Of a stretch of DNA of 64,000 nucleotides, positions 55,729 through 64,000 are shown piece by piece. The stretch lies in assembly GCA_013153405.1 (NCBI GenBank), contig JAADEM010000037.1:2202-66201 (forward strand), written 5' to 3'. The number at the start of each line of letters is the position of its first letter. Positions within the stretch are counted from its first letter, which is position 1. The notes beneath the pieces were generated by a model that searched no databases, was not told the DNA's origin, and was given only the letters and a program-made list of their open reading frames with translations. Source of the DNA: Chlorobiota bacterium (lineage in GTDB: Bacteria; Bacteroidota; Bacteroidia; Bacteroidales; Marinilabiliaceae). The position numbers and the translations under genes were made by a program.

Positions 55729-58188
55729 CTATTCCGAAAAATAAACCCTTTTCACTCTTCGGCCTATGCCGGTAAGTATCTCGTAAGGAATGGTTCCGCA
55801 TGCATCAGCAATATCAGAAACGGAATATTCTTCTCCGAAAACTGTAACACTGTCGCCTTCTTCGGCTTTAATTCCGGTAATATCGGCCATGCACATATCC
55901 ATGCATACATTTCCTACTATCGGAGCAAACCTGCCGTTGATAAGCAGTTTTCCTTTCCCGTTGCTCAGGCGCCTGTCGAGGCCGTCGGCATAGCCCACAG
56001 GAATAATGGCTATACGTGCATCATGGTCCAGAACTCCGCTTCTGCCGTATCCGATAGATTCGAAGGCAGGAATGTCTTTTATCTGTGTTATAAATGTTTT
56101 CAGCGAAACTACATTTTTTATTTCACTATTGTTAATGGCACTTATACCGTATAATCCTATTCCCATTCTTACCATTTCAAACTGAGCATTCCGGAACCGT
56201 TCTATCCCTGCCGAGTTCAGAATGTGGCGTATGAAAGAATAGCCAATGCCTCTCTCTAGTTCTTTTGCTGTGTCTTTGAATTTTGAAATTTGAAGTTCGG
56301 TAAATACATCATGTGTCTGGTCTTCGCTTGCGGCAAGATGCGAGAAAGCCGACTTTACGTAAATACTGTCGAGTCGATTGATCGTTTCCGCCACTTCGCT
56401 GATCTCATCAGGAAAAAAACCTAGCCGCGACATTCCTGTATCAATTTTTATGTGAACCGGCATTTTTTCCGAGCCTGATTCTTTTACTGCATGGTTGTAT
56501 TCTCTGAGCAAAGTCTGATTGTATATTTCAGGTTCAAGGCCGTACTGTATCATGGCAGGAAAACTGCGTACATCGGGGTTCATGACCATGATGGGAATTG
56601 TTATTCCTGCCAGTCTAAGATCGATGCCTTCGTCGGTATAAGCCACTCCGAGGTAATCAACATTCTGATGTTGTAGCAGGTTTGCTATTTCGAACGAGCC
56701 GCTCCCGTATGAGAATGCTTTAACCATCACCATCATCATTGTTTCCGGATTCAGCATTTTGCGGAATACATTCAGGTTGTGTGCTAAAGCATTCATGTTT
56801 ATCTCGAGAAGTGTCCGGTGTGTTTTTTGCTCAAGACGGCTGCGTATTCTTTCGAAAGAGAAATATCTTGCTCCTTTCAGAAGTACAGCCTCGTTACGAA
56901 ATCTGGAAAGAGATATTTTCTGAAGAAATTCCGATGTAGAACCGTATGACTCGGCATTCAGCTCATTCAGGTTTATGTTTCTGCTTATAGATTGACCAAT
57001 GCAGATTAATTTATCAATTCGTTTCTCTTTTAACAATGATGTAACCTTGGAATATAAAAGCTCTTCCGGTATTCCCGACTGGATTATGTCGGAAAGAATC
57101 ACGGTTTTTGACAGGCCTTTTTTTTGTCCCTGCTGATTAAGGAAATCGAGAGCTATTTCGAGGGAATTAAGGTCCAGATTGTATGCGTCGTCAATAATAA
57201 GGCAGTTGTTAATGCCTTCGGCAACCTCTAGTCGCATGCTTACTCCGGTTAAGGCAGCAACACGTTCTGAAACTTTAGTGGCCGCTATTCCGGTATTGAG
57301 TGCATACAATACAGAATGCATTGCATCTTCAAAAGAAGCATTATCATTGAACGGGATATTAAATATAGTTTTACGTCCATTCCATTCTGTTTCGACAGTT
57401 CGTCCGTTGTCGGTTTCCGAAATCCGTGATATGTTCATGTCGGCATCTGAAGTGCCCCAGGTCACTTTTTTAATTTCTGGATAAAGAAGATTTATTTTTT
57501 CGTGAATCAGTTTATGGTCGCGACAATAATATACTGTGTCGGCATGTGCAAGTATTTTGAGTTTTTCAATCAGTTTATCTTCCAGAGATGAGAAATTCTC
57601 CTGATGTGCTTGTCCGATGTTTGTTATTAAAACACTGTCGGGTTTTATTATATTTTCAAGCCATTCCATCTCTCCCGGTTTTGAAATGCCTGCTTCTATA
57701 ATCCCCAATTCTGCATCATCATTCAGAAGCCAGAGTGATAAGGGAACTCCTACCTGACTGTTATAGCTTCGTGGCGAACGAATGACAGTTATGTCGGGAG
57801 AGGTGAGCTGGAATATCCACTCTTTTACAATGGTTTTACCGTTACTTCCGGTAATGGCAAGAATTTCATTTCTGAAGTTTTTTCTGTGACTGCCGGCAAT
57901 TAACTGTAAGGCTCTGAGAGTATTTTCAGTAAAGATAAAGGAAGCTTCAGGGAACATACCGGTTTCAATATCTTCGGAAACAAGAAAAGCTCTAATGCCT
58001 TTGTTGTAAAGGTCGTTAATGTAACGATGGCCATTGTGATTTTTACCTTTTAAGGCAATGAATAAAGTTTTATCGGGAGAAAAAAGCTTTCGGCTGTCAA
58101 TGAGAAGTTTTGATACGACAATATTTCCTTCACCCTTTAGTTTTCCTTTGGTAATGTCAGCAATGGTATCCAGGTTGTATTCAGGCAT
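55729..58188 (-). CDS. murF/alr: Bifunctional UDP-N-acetylmuramoyl-tripeptide--D-alanyl-D-alanine ligase / alanine racemase
   Basis: The N-terminal half is Mur ligase (ITGSNGKT). The C-terminal half is alanine racemase (MVMVKAFSYGSG with the PLP lysine, and a C-terminal PYEILTGIGRRVKRVY). Confidence 0.88.
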   Translation of the reverse strand: MPEYNLDTIADITKGKLKGEGNIVVSKLLIDSRKLFSPDKTLFIALKGKNHNGHRYINDLYNKGIRAFLVSEDIETGMFPEASFIFTENTLRALQLIAGSHRKNFRNEILAITGSNGKTIVKEWIFQLTSPDITVIRSPRSYNSQVGVPLSLWLLNDDAELGIIEAGISKPGEMEWLENIIKPDSVLITNIGQAHQENFSSLEDKLIEKLKILAHADTVYYCRDHKLIHEKINLLYPEIKKVTWGTSDADMNISRISETDNGRTVETEWNGRKTIFNIPFNDNASFEDAMHSVLYALNTGIAATKVSERVAALTGVSMRLEVAEGINNCLIIDDAYNLDLNSLEIALDFLNQQGQKKGLSKTVILSDIIQSGIPEELLYSKVTSLLKEKRIDKLICIGQSISRNINLNELNAESYGSTSEFLQKISLSRFRNEAVLLKGARYFSFERIRSRLEQKTHRTLLEINMNALAHNLNVFRKMLNPETMMMVMVKAFSYGSGSFEIANLLQHQNVDYLGVAYTDEGIDLRLAGITIPIMVMNPDVRSFPAMIQYGLEPEIYNQTLLREYNHAVKESGSEKMPVHIKIDTGMSRLGFFPDEISEVAETINRLDSIYVKSAFSHLAASEDQTHDVFTELQISKFKDTAKELERGIGYSFIRHILNSAGIERFRNAQFEMVRMGIGLYGISAINNSEIKNVVSLKTFITQIKDIPAFESIGYGRSGVLDHDARIAIIPVGYADGLDRRLSNGKGKLLINGRFAPIVGNVCMDMCMADITGIKAEEGDSVTVFGEEYSVSDIADACGTIPYEILTGIGRRVKRVYFSE

Positions 58189-58218
58189 TGTCGGTATATT
58201 TATATTTAGAAGAAGGGA

Positions 58219-58815
58219 TTAACTGTCAGGTGCTTTTTCTTTTTTTATTGCCTTTTCGAAACAGCTCCGGCATAAAGGTTCGTATTCTTGCTTTTCACCC
58301 AGCATAATGGTTTTTTCTTCGTCGTTTAAGCGATGAGAAAAATTTGCCAGATCGCCGCATCTCATACATATTGCATGTACTTTCGTTACGTATTCAGCCA
58401 CGGCGAGCAGACCCGGAATCGGACCAAAGGGATTGCCTTTGAAATCCATATCAAGTCCTGCTACTATAACTCTGATGCCCTGACCTGCAAGTTTAATACA
58501 TACCTCAGGTAGGCTGTTATCAAAAAACTGTGCCTCATCAATTCCGACTACATCAACATCGCCTGTAAGAAGCAAAATGTTGCCGGATGAATCAACCGGA
58601 GTTGATTGTATTGCATTGTTGTCGTGAGATACAACTTCTTCTTCGCTGTAACGGACATCTATTTTTGGTTTGAATATCTCAACCTTCTGATTGGCAATGC
58701 GGGCTCTTTTCAGACGTCTTAACAACTCTTCCGTCTTCCCTGAAAACATTGAGCCGGTAATTACTTCAATCCAGCCTTTTCTTGTATCACGATTCGACTT
58801 ACTTTCAAGAAACAT
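58219..58815 (-). CDS. tdk: Thymidine kinase
   Basis: [26 protein letters not shown]...A..S.R zinc ribbon. Confidence 0.92.
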   Translation of the reverse strand: MFLESKSNRDTRKGWIEVITGSMFSGKTEELLRRLKRARIANQKVEIFKPKIDVRYSEEEVVSHDNNAIQSTPVDSSGNILLLTGDVDVVGIDEAQFFDNSLPEVCIKLAGQGIRVIVAGLDMDFKGNPFGPIPGLLAVAEYVTKVHAICMRCGDLANFSHRLNDEEKTIMLGEKQEYEPLCRSCFEKAIKKEKAPDS

Positions 58816-58904
58816 TACTTCCTGTACTGTTTTTTAGATTCAATCATTAACTTTGTAAAAGTAACAAAAAAAGAGAATTAGTTTTCTGTTTGAACAAAAA
58901 GAGT

Positions 58905-59717
58905 ATGAAGAAAGAGGCTTTGATAAATATTATAATAAATGACCTTAGGGAAATAGAAGAGCTAATGGAGGCTTTTAAAGGTGAATCAACGGTAAGTGAA
59001 GCTTTTGTAAGTCTGGCAAAATCAAAACTTAAAAGTATTGATTCGGAGATTGAGCTTTTGAAATCGGAGTTTGGTGATTCGGATGTTACGGCTCAGCAGA
59101 TTGTAGCGGCAGACTCTGTTCATGTTCAGAAAAATGAAAAAGAGCAACGGACAGAGCCGGAAGAAACTGATTCTGCGACAATGATGCAGGATACTGAAAA
59201 TGATGAAATTTCCGGTGAAAAAAAAGATGAGCCGGAACACGAGCCGGTTTCTGAAACTGTAAATGATGCTCAGGAACAAGAAAAAGATAGTGAAGATGAG
59301 AAGCAGAAAACGATAAAGGTGCCAGTAGAAAAACAAACAGATATACAGGTGAAAGAAGAGGTTGAACCTGCTGATAATCACAGTCAGCAGGAAAATGACA
59401 AGAGGATAGCAGATGTTTTGCAGAAAAATAAAAGTGCAGTAAATGAAAGGGTTGCGTTGAAAGATACGGAGAAGGATCTTGTTTTTGTAAAACCGGTTGA
59501 TGATGTGAGAAAAGCAATGGGTATAAACGACAGATTTTTGTTTCAGCGGGAATTGTTTAACGGAAATAATAAACTCTTTGAGCATACATTAGACCAGCTA
59601 AATGATATGTCGTCGTTTGATGATGCCAGAAGGTTTCTTGAATCAAATTTTAACTGGGATATGGAGAGTGATGTTACAGCTTCTTTTTTCAAGATGGTTA
59701 AGCGCAGATTTTTATGA
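58905..59717 (+). CDS. Acidic hypothetical protein
   Basis: Track ORF 58890-59717. ATG at 58905. Glu/Asp-rich centre with a conserved-looking C-terminus (RFLFQRELFNGN...). It overlaps rsmI by 4 nt (ATGA). Confidence 0.6.
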   Translation: MKKEALINIIINDLREIEELMEAFKGESTVSEAFVSLAKSKLKSIDSEIELLKSEFGDSDVTAQQIVAADSVHVQKNEKEQRTEPEETDSATMMQDTENDEISGEKKDEPEHEPVSETVNDAQEQEKDSEDEKQKTIKVPVEKQTDIQVKEEVEPADNHSQQENDKRIADVLQKNKSAVNERVALKDTEKDLVFVKPVDDVRKAMGINDRFLFQRELFNGNNKLFEHTLDQLNDMSSFDDARRFLESNFNWDMESDVTASFFKMVKRRFL

Positions 59718-60385
59718 GCAGGTTATATTTAGTTCCCACACCGGTTGGAAACCTTGAAGATATAACTTTCAGGGCAGTCAGGATACTGAAGGAGGTGTCT
59801 TTCATTATGGCCGAAGATACGCGGAAATCGGCCAACCTGTTGAGGCATTACGATATAAAAACGCCCATGGTTTCGCATCATAAATTTAATGAGCATAAAA
59901 CGGTAGACAAGTTTATAGACAGAATAAAGGCAGGTGAGCAGGCGGCTTTGATAACTGATGCGGGAACACCCGCAATTTCAGACCCCGGTTTTCTTATAGT
60001 CAGGCAATGTATTGACGAGGGGGTTGAAGTGGAGTGCCTGCCGGGTGCAACTGCTTTTGTGCCTGCACTGGTAGTATCGGGATTGCCCAACGAACGGTTT
60101 TGTTTCGAAGGTTTTCTGCCTCAGAAAAAGGGAAGGCAAAAACGACTGAGTACTCTTGCTGAAGAGACACGAACCATGATTTTTTATGAATCGCCGTATC
60201 GTCTTGTAAAAACTCTTCATCAGCTCGGTGAAGTGTTGGGAAACGACCGTAAAGCCTCGGTGTCGAGGGAGATTTCAAAACTGCATGAAGAGACAAAACG
60301 AGGAACATTAAGTGAACTGGAACAATATTTCAGCTCAAAAACCGTTAAAGGAGAGATAGTTATTATAACCGAAGGAAAACAATAA
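59714..60385 (+). CDS. rsmI: 16S rRNA (cytidine1402-2'-O)-methyltransferase
   Basis: LYLVPTPVGNLEDITFRAVRILKEV, AEDTR, SDPGF, FYESPYR. Confidence 0.9.
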   Translation: MSRLYLVPTPVGNLEDITFRAVRILKEVSFIMAEDTRKSANLLRHYDIKTPMVSHHKFNEHKTVDKFIDRIKAGEQAALITDAGTPAISDPGFLIVRQCIDEGVEVECLPGATAFVPALVVSGLPNERFCFEGFLPQKKGRQKRLSTLAEETRTMIFYESPYRLVKTLHQLGEVLGNDRKASVSREISKLHEETKRGTLSELEQYFSSKTVKGEIVIITEGKQ

Positions 60386-60406
60386 AACCATTTAAATCTT
60401 ATTGAT

Positions 60407-61279
60407 ATGAAAAAAGTATTAATGTTGTTAAGCATAGTTATGCTTATTGTATCTTCATGTACCGGACCTAGTGCATCGGATCTGAAGAAGCAGAACGATT
60501 CTTTGTATATGGCATCTGTAGAGAAAGATCGTCAGATGAATGAGCTTATAGGAGCTTTGGTTGAGATAGATGATAATCTGCAGCAGATTAAGGAGAAAGA
60601 GAATATTATTGCGCTCAATGCTCAAAAAGCCGATAATACCTCACCGGCAAATCTGAAAGAAGAGATTAATAATGACATCAAGGCTATTTATGAACTGATG
60701 CTCCAGAATAAAGAAAAAATATCTGAGCTGGAGAAGAAAATAAAGCAGGGTGGACGCAAAAATGAATCGCTTAAGAAACTTGTAGAAAGACTGAACCGTC
60801 AGCTTGAAGAGAAGTCGGTGGAAATAGCCAAACTGAGGGAGGAGCTGAAGAAGAAAGATATTGAGATAGCAGATCTTAACTTTACAGTTGCCGGACTTGA
60901 GCATGTTCTGGATTCGATTCATGCAGAATATATGGCAGCCGATCGGAAGCTTAAAGAGACAACTGAAGAACTTTATAAAGGATATTATGTTTTCGGAACT
61001 AAAAAGGAGCTGAAAGAGCAGAATATAATTACCAGCGATGGTTTTCTTAGCAAGAGTAAGGTGCTGGAGGGTGATTTTGATCAGGATTATTTTACCAGAA
61101 TAGATATTCGCGAGGTTGATTCAATACCACTGTTCAGGCCGAAAGCAAAACTGCTTACCAGTCATCCTTCCGATTCGTATGTTCTGGAAAAGAACGATGA
61201 AGGTTCATTGGTACTGAAAATAACCGATAAAGAAAAATTCTGGAGTACATCAAAATATCTGGTGGTCCAGGTCAATTAA
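60407..61279 (+). CDS. Coiled-coil lipoprotein, unknown function
   Basis: Lipobox MLIVSSCTG. The central part is a heptad-rich Glu/Lys/Leu segment. Confidence 0.65.
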   Translation: MKKVLMLLSIVMLIVSSCTGPSASDLKKQNDSLYMASVEKDRQMNELIGALVEIDDNLQQIKEKENIIALNAQKADNTSPANLKEEINNDIKAIYELMLQNKEKISELEKKIKQGGRKNESLKKLVERLNRQLEEKSVEIAKLREELKKKDIEIADLNFTVAGLEHVLDSIHAEYMAADRKLKETTEELYKGYYVFGTKKELKEQNIITSDGFLSKSKVLEGDFDQDYFTRIDIREVDSIPLFRPKAKLLTSHPSDSYVLEKNDEGSLVLKITDKEKFWSTSKYLVVQVN

Positions 61280-61295
61280 ATTAAAAAGCTTTTAC

Positions 61296-61546
61296 AGGAT
61301 GCTCAAAAAGTCGTTATTCCGATAGCTTTTCCCAAATTATGGGACATATAATGAGGATGTAACGAGATGTACATAGTTATTGCGATGAGCGCAGGCAGGC
61401 AATCTCAGGCAAGTGAGAGGCTGCCGGGGCTTCTTTGCTCATGCTTATCGCAGTGACGTGAATATTCCGTCATTTACTCATTATGCTCCAAAAATTGGGT
61501 TGAATTTTCGGAATGACGTTATTGTTTTACTTTTTGGACATCCTCT
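61296..61546. repeat. Nested-palindrome intergenic element, copy D (~250 bp)
   Basis: Left arm CAGGATGCTCAAAAAGTCGTTATTCCGA. Right arm TCGGAATGACGTTATTGTTTTACTTTTTGGACATCCTCTG. The interior is homologous to the right part of copy B. Confidence 0.8.
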
Positions 61547-61575
61547 GTTTTTTGCCACAAAACATCCACTCCTGT

Positions 61576-62265
61576 ATGAAATATCAGCATATTCTATTCG
61601 ATCTTGATCATACCCTTTGGGATTTTCATACCAATTCTATGATTACATTGCGTGAACTGTTCAGGGAATTGGAACTGAAACATTTTTTTAAAGATTTTGA
61701 TTTATTCTTTAATCTTTATGAAGAGAATAACCTGCGGTTGTGGAGCGAGTACCGAAAGGGCTTAATTGGTAAAAAAGAGCTTAATTTTCAACGATTTTAT
61801 TATCCGTTTAAAGTTTCCGGATATGATGAAGAGGAGCTGGCCAGGAAGTTTGCCGGTGAATATGTAAAACGCAGCCCGTTGAAAACGGAGCTAATGCCTG
61901 GTGCTGTTGAAATACTCGAGTATCTAAAACCTAAATATAACCTTCATATTATAACCAACGGGTTTCTTGAAGTGCAGGATGTTAAGCTGAAAAAAAGCGG
62001 ATTGGATAAATATTTTGAACGTGTCTTTATATCTGAGCTTATTGGTGTTCAGAAACCTGACGTTTATTTTTTTGAATATGTTGTAAAAAGTCTGAATGCA
62101 TCAAAAAAGGAGTGTATGGTTATAGGGGACAGTTATGAGGCTGATATAATCGGCGCAAAGAATTTCGGACTCGACCATATCTTTTACAATTCAACCCGAA
62201 AGAAACACAACAACAGTGTAATGTACGAAATATCACATCTCACTGAGATAAAAGATATTTTATGA
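61576..62265 (+). CDS. HAD-superfamily hydrolase (YjjG-like nucleotidase subfamily)
   Basis: The track ORF starts at 61513, inside repeat D. The real start is MKYQHILFDLDHTLWDF (DxDxT motif). Later ITNG and IGDSYEADIIGA. Confidence 0.8.
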   Translation: MKYQHILFDLDHTLWDFHTNSMITLRELFRELELKHFFKDFDLFFNLYEENNLRLWSEYRKGLIGKKELNFQRFYYPFKVSGYDEEELARKFAGEYVKRSPLKTELMPGAVEILEYLKPKYNLHIITNGFLEVQDVKLKKSGLDKYFERVFISELIGVQKPDVYFFEYVVKSLNASKKECMVIGDSYEADIIGAKNFGLDHIFYNSTRKKHNNSVMYEISHLTEIKDIL

Positions 62266-62270
62266 TTTTA

Positions 62271-63818
62271 TCAGAAGGGCGGGGCAGAGTGTTCTTCTCC
62301 CAGTAAATCGCTGTTGTCGTTAAACTCGGGTAACGCTCCTGTTCCACCATTCATTTTTGATTTAATGGTTATTTCATCAACACCCTCCGATACACTATGG
62401 TGAAATCCTCCGGTCGGATCATCTTCAAAAATATCATCAATATTCTGGAATCTGGCAAGGTGTTGTCTGAATCGCAGGTAAACATCACCTGTGGCACCGT
62501 TACGGTGCTTTGCAATAATAATTTCGGCTATTCCCAGTAGTGAGTTCCCTTCAGCATCTTCAGTTATTTTGTAATATTCTGGGCGGTGGATAAACAGTAC
62601 CATGTCGGCATCCTGCTCAATGGCACCCGATTCACGTAAGTCGGCAAGTTGCGGACGTTTGGCATCTCCGGTCCTTGACTCTACACCACGGTTAAGCTGA
62701 GATAGTGCTATAATCGGAATATCGAGTTCTTTGGCAAGTCCTTTAAGTGAACGTGATATTAAACTTACTTCCTGTTCGCGACTGCCTGGATTCATACCGC
62801 TGGCATTCATCAACTGAAGGTAGTCGATGATGACAATGTCGATATCATGTTTTGACTTTAAACGACGGCATTTGGCTCTTAATTCAAATACTGATAATCC
62901 GGCAGTGTCGTCAATGTAAATGGGAGCATCGACCAGTGTTGTGATTTTTGAGTCAAGTTGTTTCCACTCCTGTTCTGACAGTCTTCCGTTTTTTATCTGT
63001 TCGGATGACAGTTCGGTTTCAGAAACTATAAGACGGTTTACAAGCTGAACATTCGACATCTCAAGTGAAAATATGGCTACCGATTTGCCAAAATCCACAG
63101 CCATATTACGGGCCATTGAGAGAACAAAGGCAGTTTTTCCCATGGCCGGACGTGCAGCAATAATTATGAGATCGGATCTCTGCCATCCGGAAGTTATACG
63201 ATCCAGATCGGTAAATCCTGAGGGTACTCCGCTTAATTTTTCTTTGTTGTTGCCGGCTTCACGTATTCTTTCAATGGCTTCTTCGATAACGGGATTAATC
63301 TGTACCACCTCTCTTTTCATTTGTCCCTGAGAAAGGGAAAAGAAAGAGTTCTCGGCTTCTTCAAGCAAATCATTTACATCAATGGCTTCATCGTATGATT
63401 TTGCCTGCAGCTCGCTTGATATTCTGATGATTTCTCTCTGAAGATATTTTTGCCATATAATACGTGCATGATATTCAATATGACCTGCTGATGCAACTTT
63501 ACGAGTTAGCTCCGATATGTAATGAATTCCTCCTACCTGCTTCAGCTTTCCTTCCTTTTTTAACTCTTCAACAACCGTCAGAAGGTCGATTGGCTGTTGT
63601 TTCATAAAGAGATTGGTTATGGCTTTATATATCTCCTGATGTTCCTCCCGGTAAAAACTTTCCGGCTTCAGAATCTCAGAAACAATGCTGTATGCATTCT
63701 GTTCCAGGATTATAGCTCCTAAAACTGCCTCTTCCAGTTCAGGTGCCTGGGGGGCTATGCGTCCCAGTGCAAGCTCCTCGGCAGATTGTTTTTTACCGGA
63801 ATATTTTTTGTCAGCCAT
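62271..63818 (-). CDS. dnaB: Replicative DNA helicase
   Basis: Track ORF runs to 63995. Start chosen at MADKKYSGKK (63818). PQAPELEEAVLGAIILE, Walker A ARPAMGKTAF, IIDYLQLM, SQLNR. Confidence 0.92.
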   Translation of the reverse strand: MADKKYSGKKQSAEELALGRIAPQAPELEEAVLGAIILEQNAYSIVSEILKPESFYREEHQEIYKAITNLFMKQQPIDLLTVVEELKKEGKLKQVGGIHYISELTRKVASAGHIEYHARIIWQKYLQREIIRISSELQAKSYDEAIDVNDLLEEAENSFFSLSQGQMKREVVQINPVIEEAIERIREAGNNKEKLSGVPSGFTDLDRITSGWQRSDLIIIAARPAMGKTAFVLSMARNMAVDFGKSVAIFSLEMSNVQLVNRLIVSETELSSEQIKNGRLSEQEWKQLDSKITTLVDAPIYIDDTAGLSVFELRAKCRRLKSKHDIDIVIIDYLQLMNASGMNPGSREQEVSLISRSLKGLAKELDIPIIALSQLNRGVESRTGDAKRPQLADLRESGAIEQDADMVLFIHRPEYYKITEDAEGNSLLGIAEIIIAKHRNGATGDVYLRFRQHLARFQNIDDIFEDDPTGGFHHSVSEGVDEITIKSKMNGGTGALPEFNDNSDLLGEEHSAPPF

Positions 63819-64000
63819 ATTGTTTATCTTTGGAGTGAAATGCAAAAGTAAGAAAATATTCACCCTTGGGGCAGAATTATTAAAATGATTTTTTAAGACG
63901 AAATCAACACTTTTGTGTTGATAACTTTTATATATGAAAACGGGGAAATAATCAAAAGTATAATTATCAAGTAAAACGGGCAGGTATGATTTCATTTCCA

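Noticed and set aside
55720-56154. 144-aa plus-strand ORF
   Set aside because: It is antisense to the alanine racemase half of murF/alr.
59022-59585. 187-aa and 143-aa minus-strand ORFs
   Set aside because: They are antisense to the acidic-protein gene. GAA/GAT-rich coding sequence yields Phe/Leu/Ile-rich antisense ORFs.

Overview
AT-rich chromosomal segment from a Bacteroidota genome. Supporting evidence is T9SS type-A and type-B C-terminal sorting domains, GldB, a CarbopepD_reg-type TonB receptor paired with DUF4249, a MurF-Alr fusion and TAnnTTTG-type -7 boxes. Most of the window is ordinary housekeeping: PRODH, sodB, folE, yjbQ, cysK, a metY-like gene, lpdA, meaB, nadE, tdk, rsmI, dnaB, murF/alr, gldB, an MTHFS gene, two TlpA-like thiol-disulfide oxidoreductases, two sulfatases and a GH20 hexosaminidase. 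I found no rRNA, tRNA or CRISPR array, and no recognisable intact defence or mobile-element gene. Two real genes are missing from the ORF track. One is a protein of more than 1630 aa with PKD repeats and a T9SS type-B domain (bases 1-4892, minus strand, truncated by the window edge). The other is a 55-aa 2x[4Fe-4S] ferredoxin (48302-48469), hidden under a spurious antisense ORF. The most interesting non-coding signals are these. (1) Four consecutive secreted-protein genes (6192-13669) each carry the same promoter module of about 90 bp, with three phased TAT(T/C)(C/T)G boxes and a -7-like box at a fixed distance. This suggests a small undescribed regulon. (2) A family of nested-palindrome, MITE/REPIN-like intergenic elements has at least five copies of 45-370 bp, all sharing GAGGATGTCC-AAAAGT-CGTCATTCC arms. 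They sit at gene 3' ends and look like expandable bidirectional terminators. (3) Two decayed mobile-element-type genes are present, a RhuM/ORF6N-family pseudogene and a Y1 (RayT/IS200-like) transposase relic. (4) An interleaved A-B-A'-B' double palindrome lies next to the RhuM relic. All family calls rest on motifs I recognise by eye; no database search was possible.
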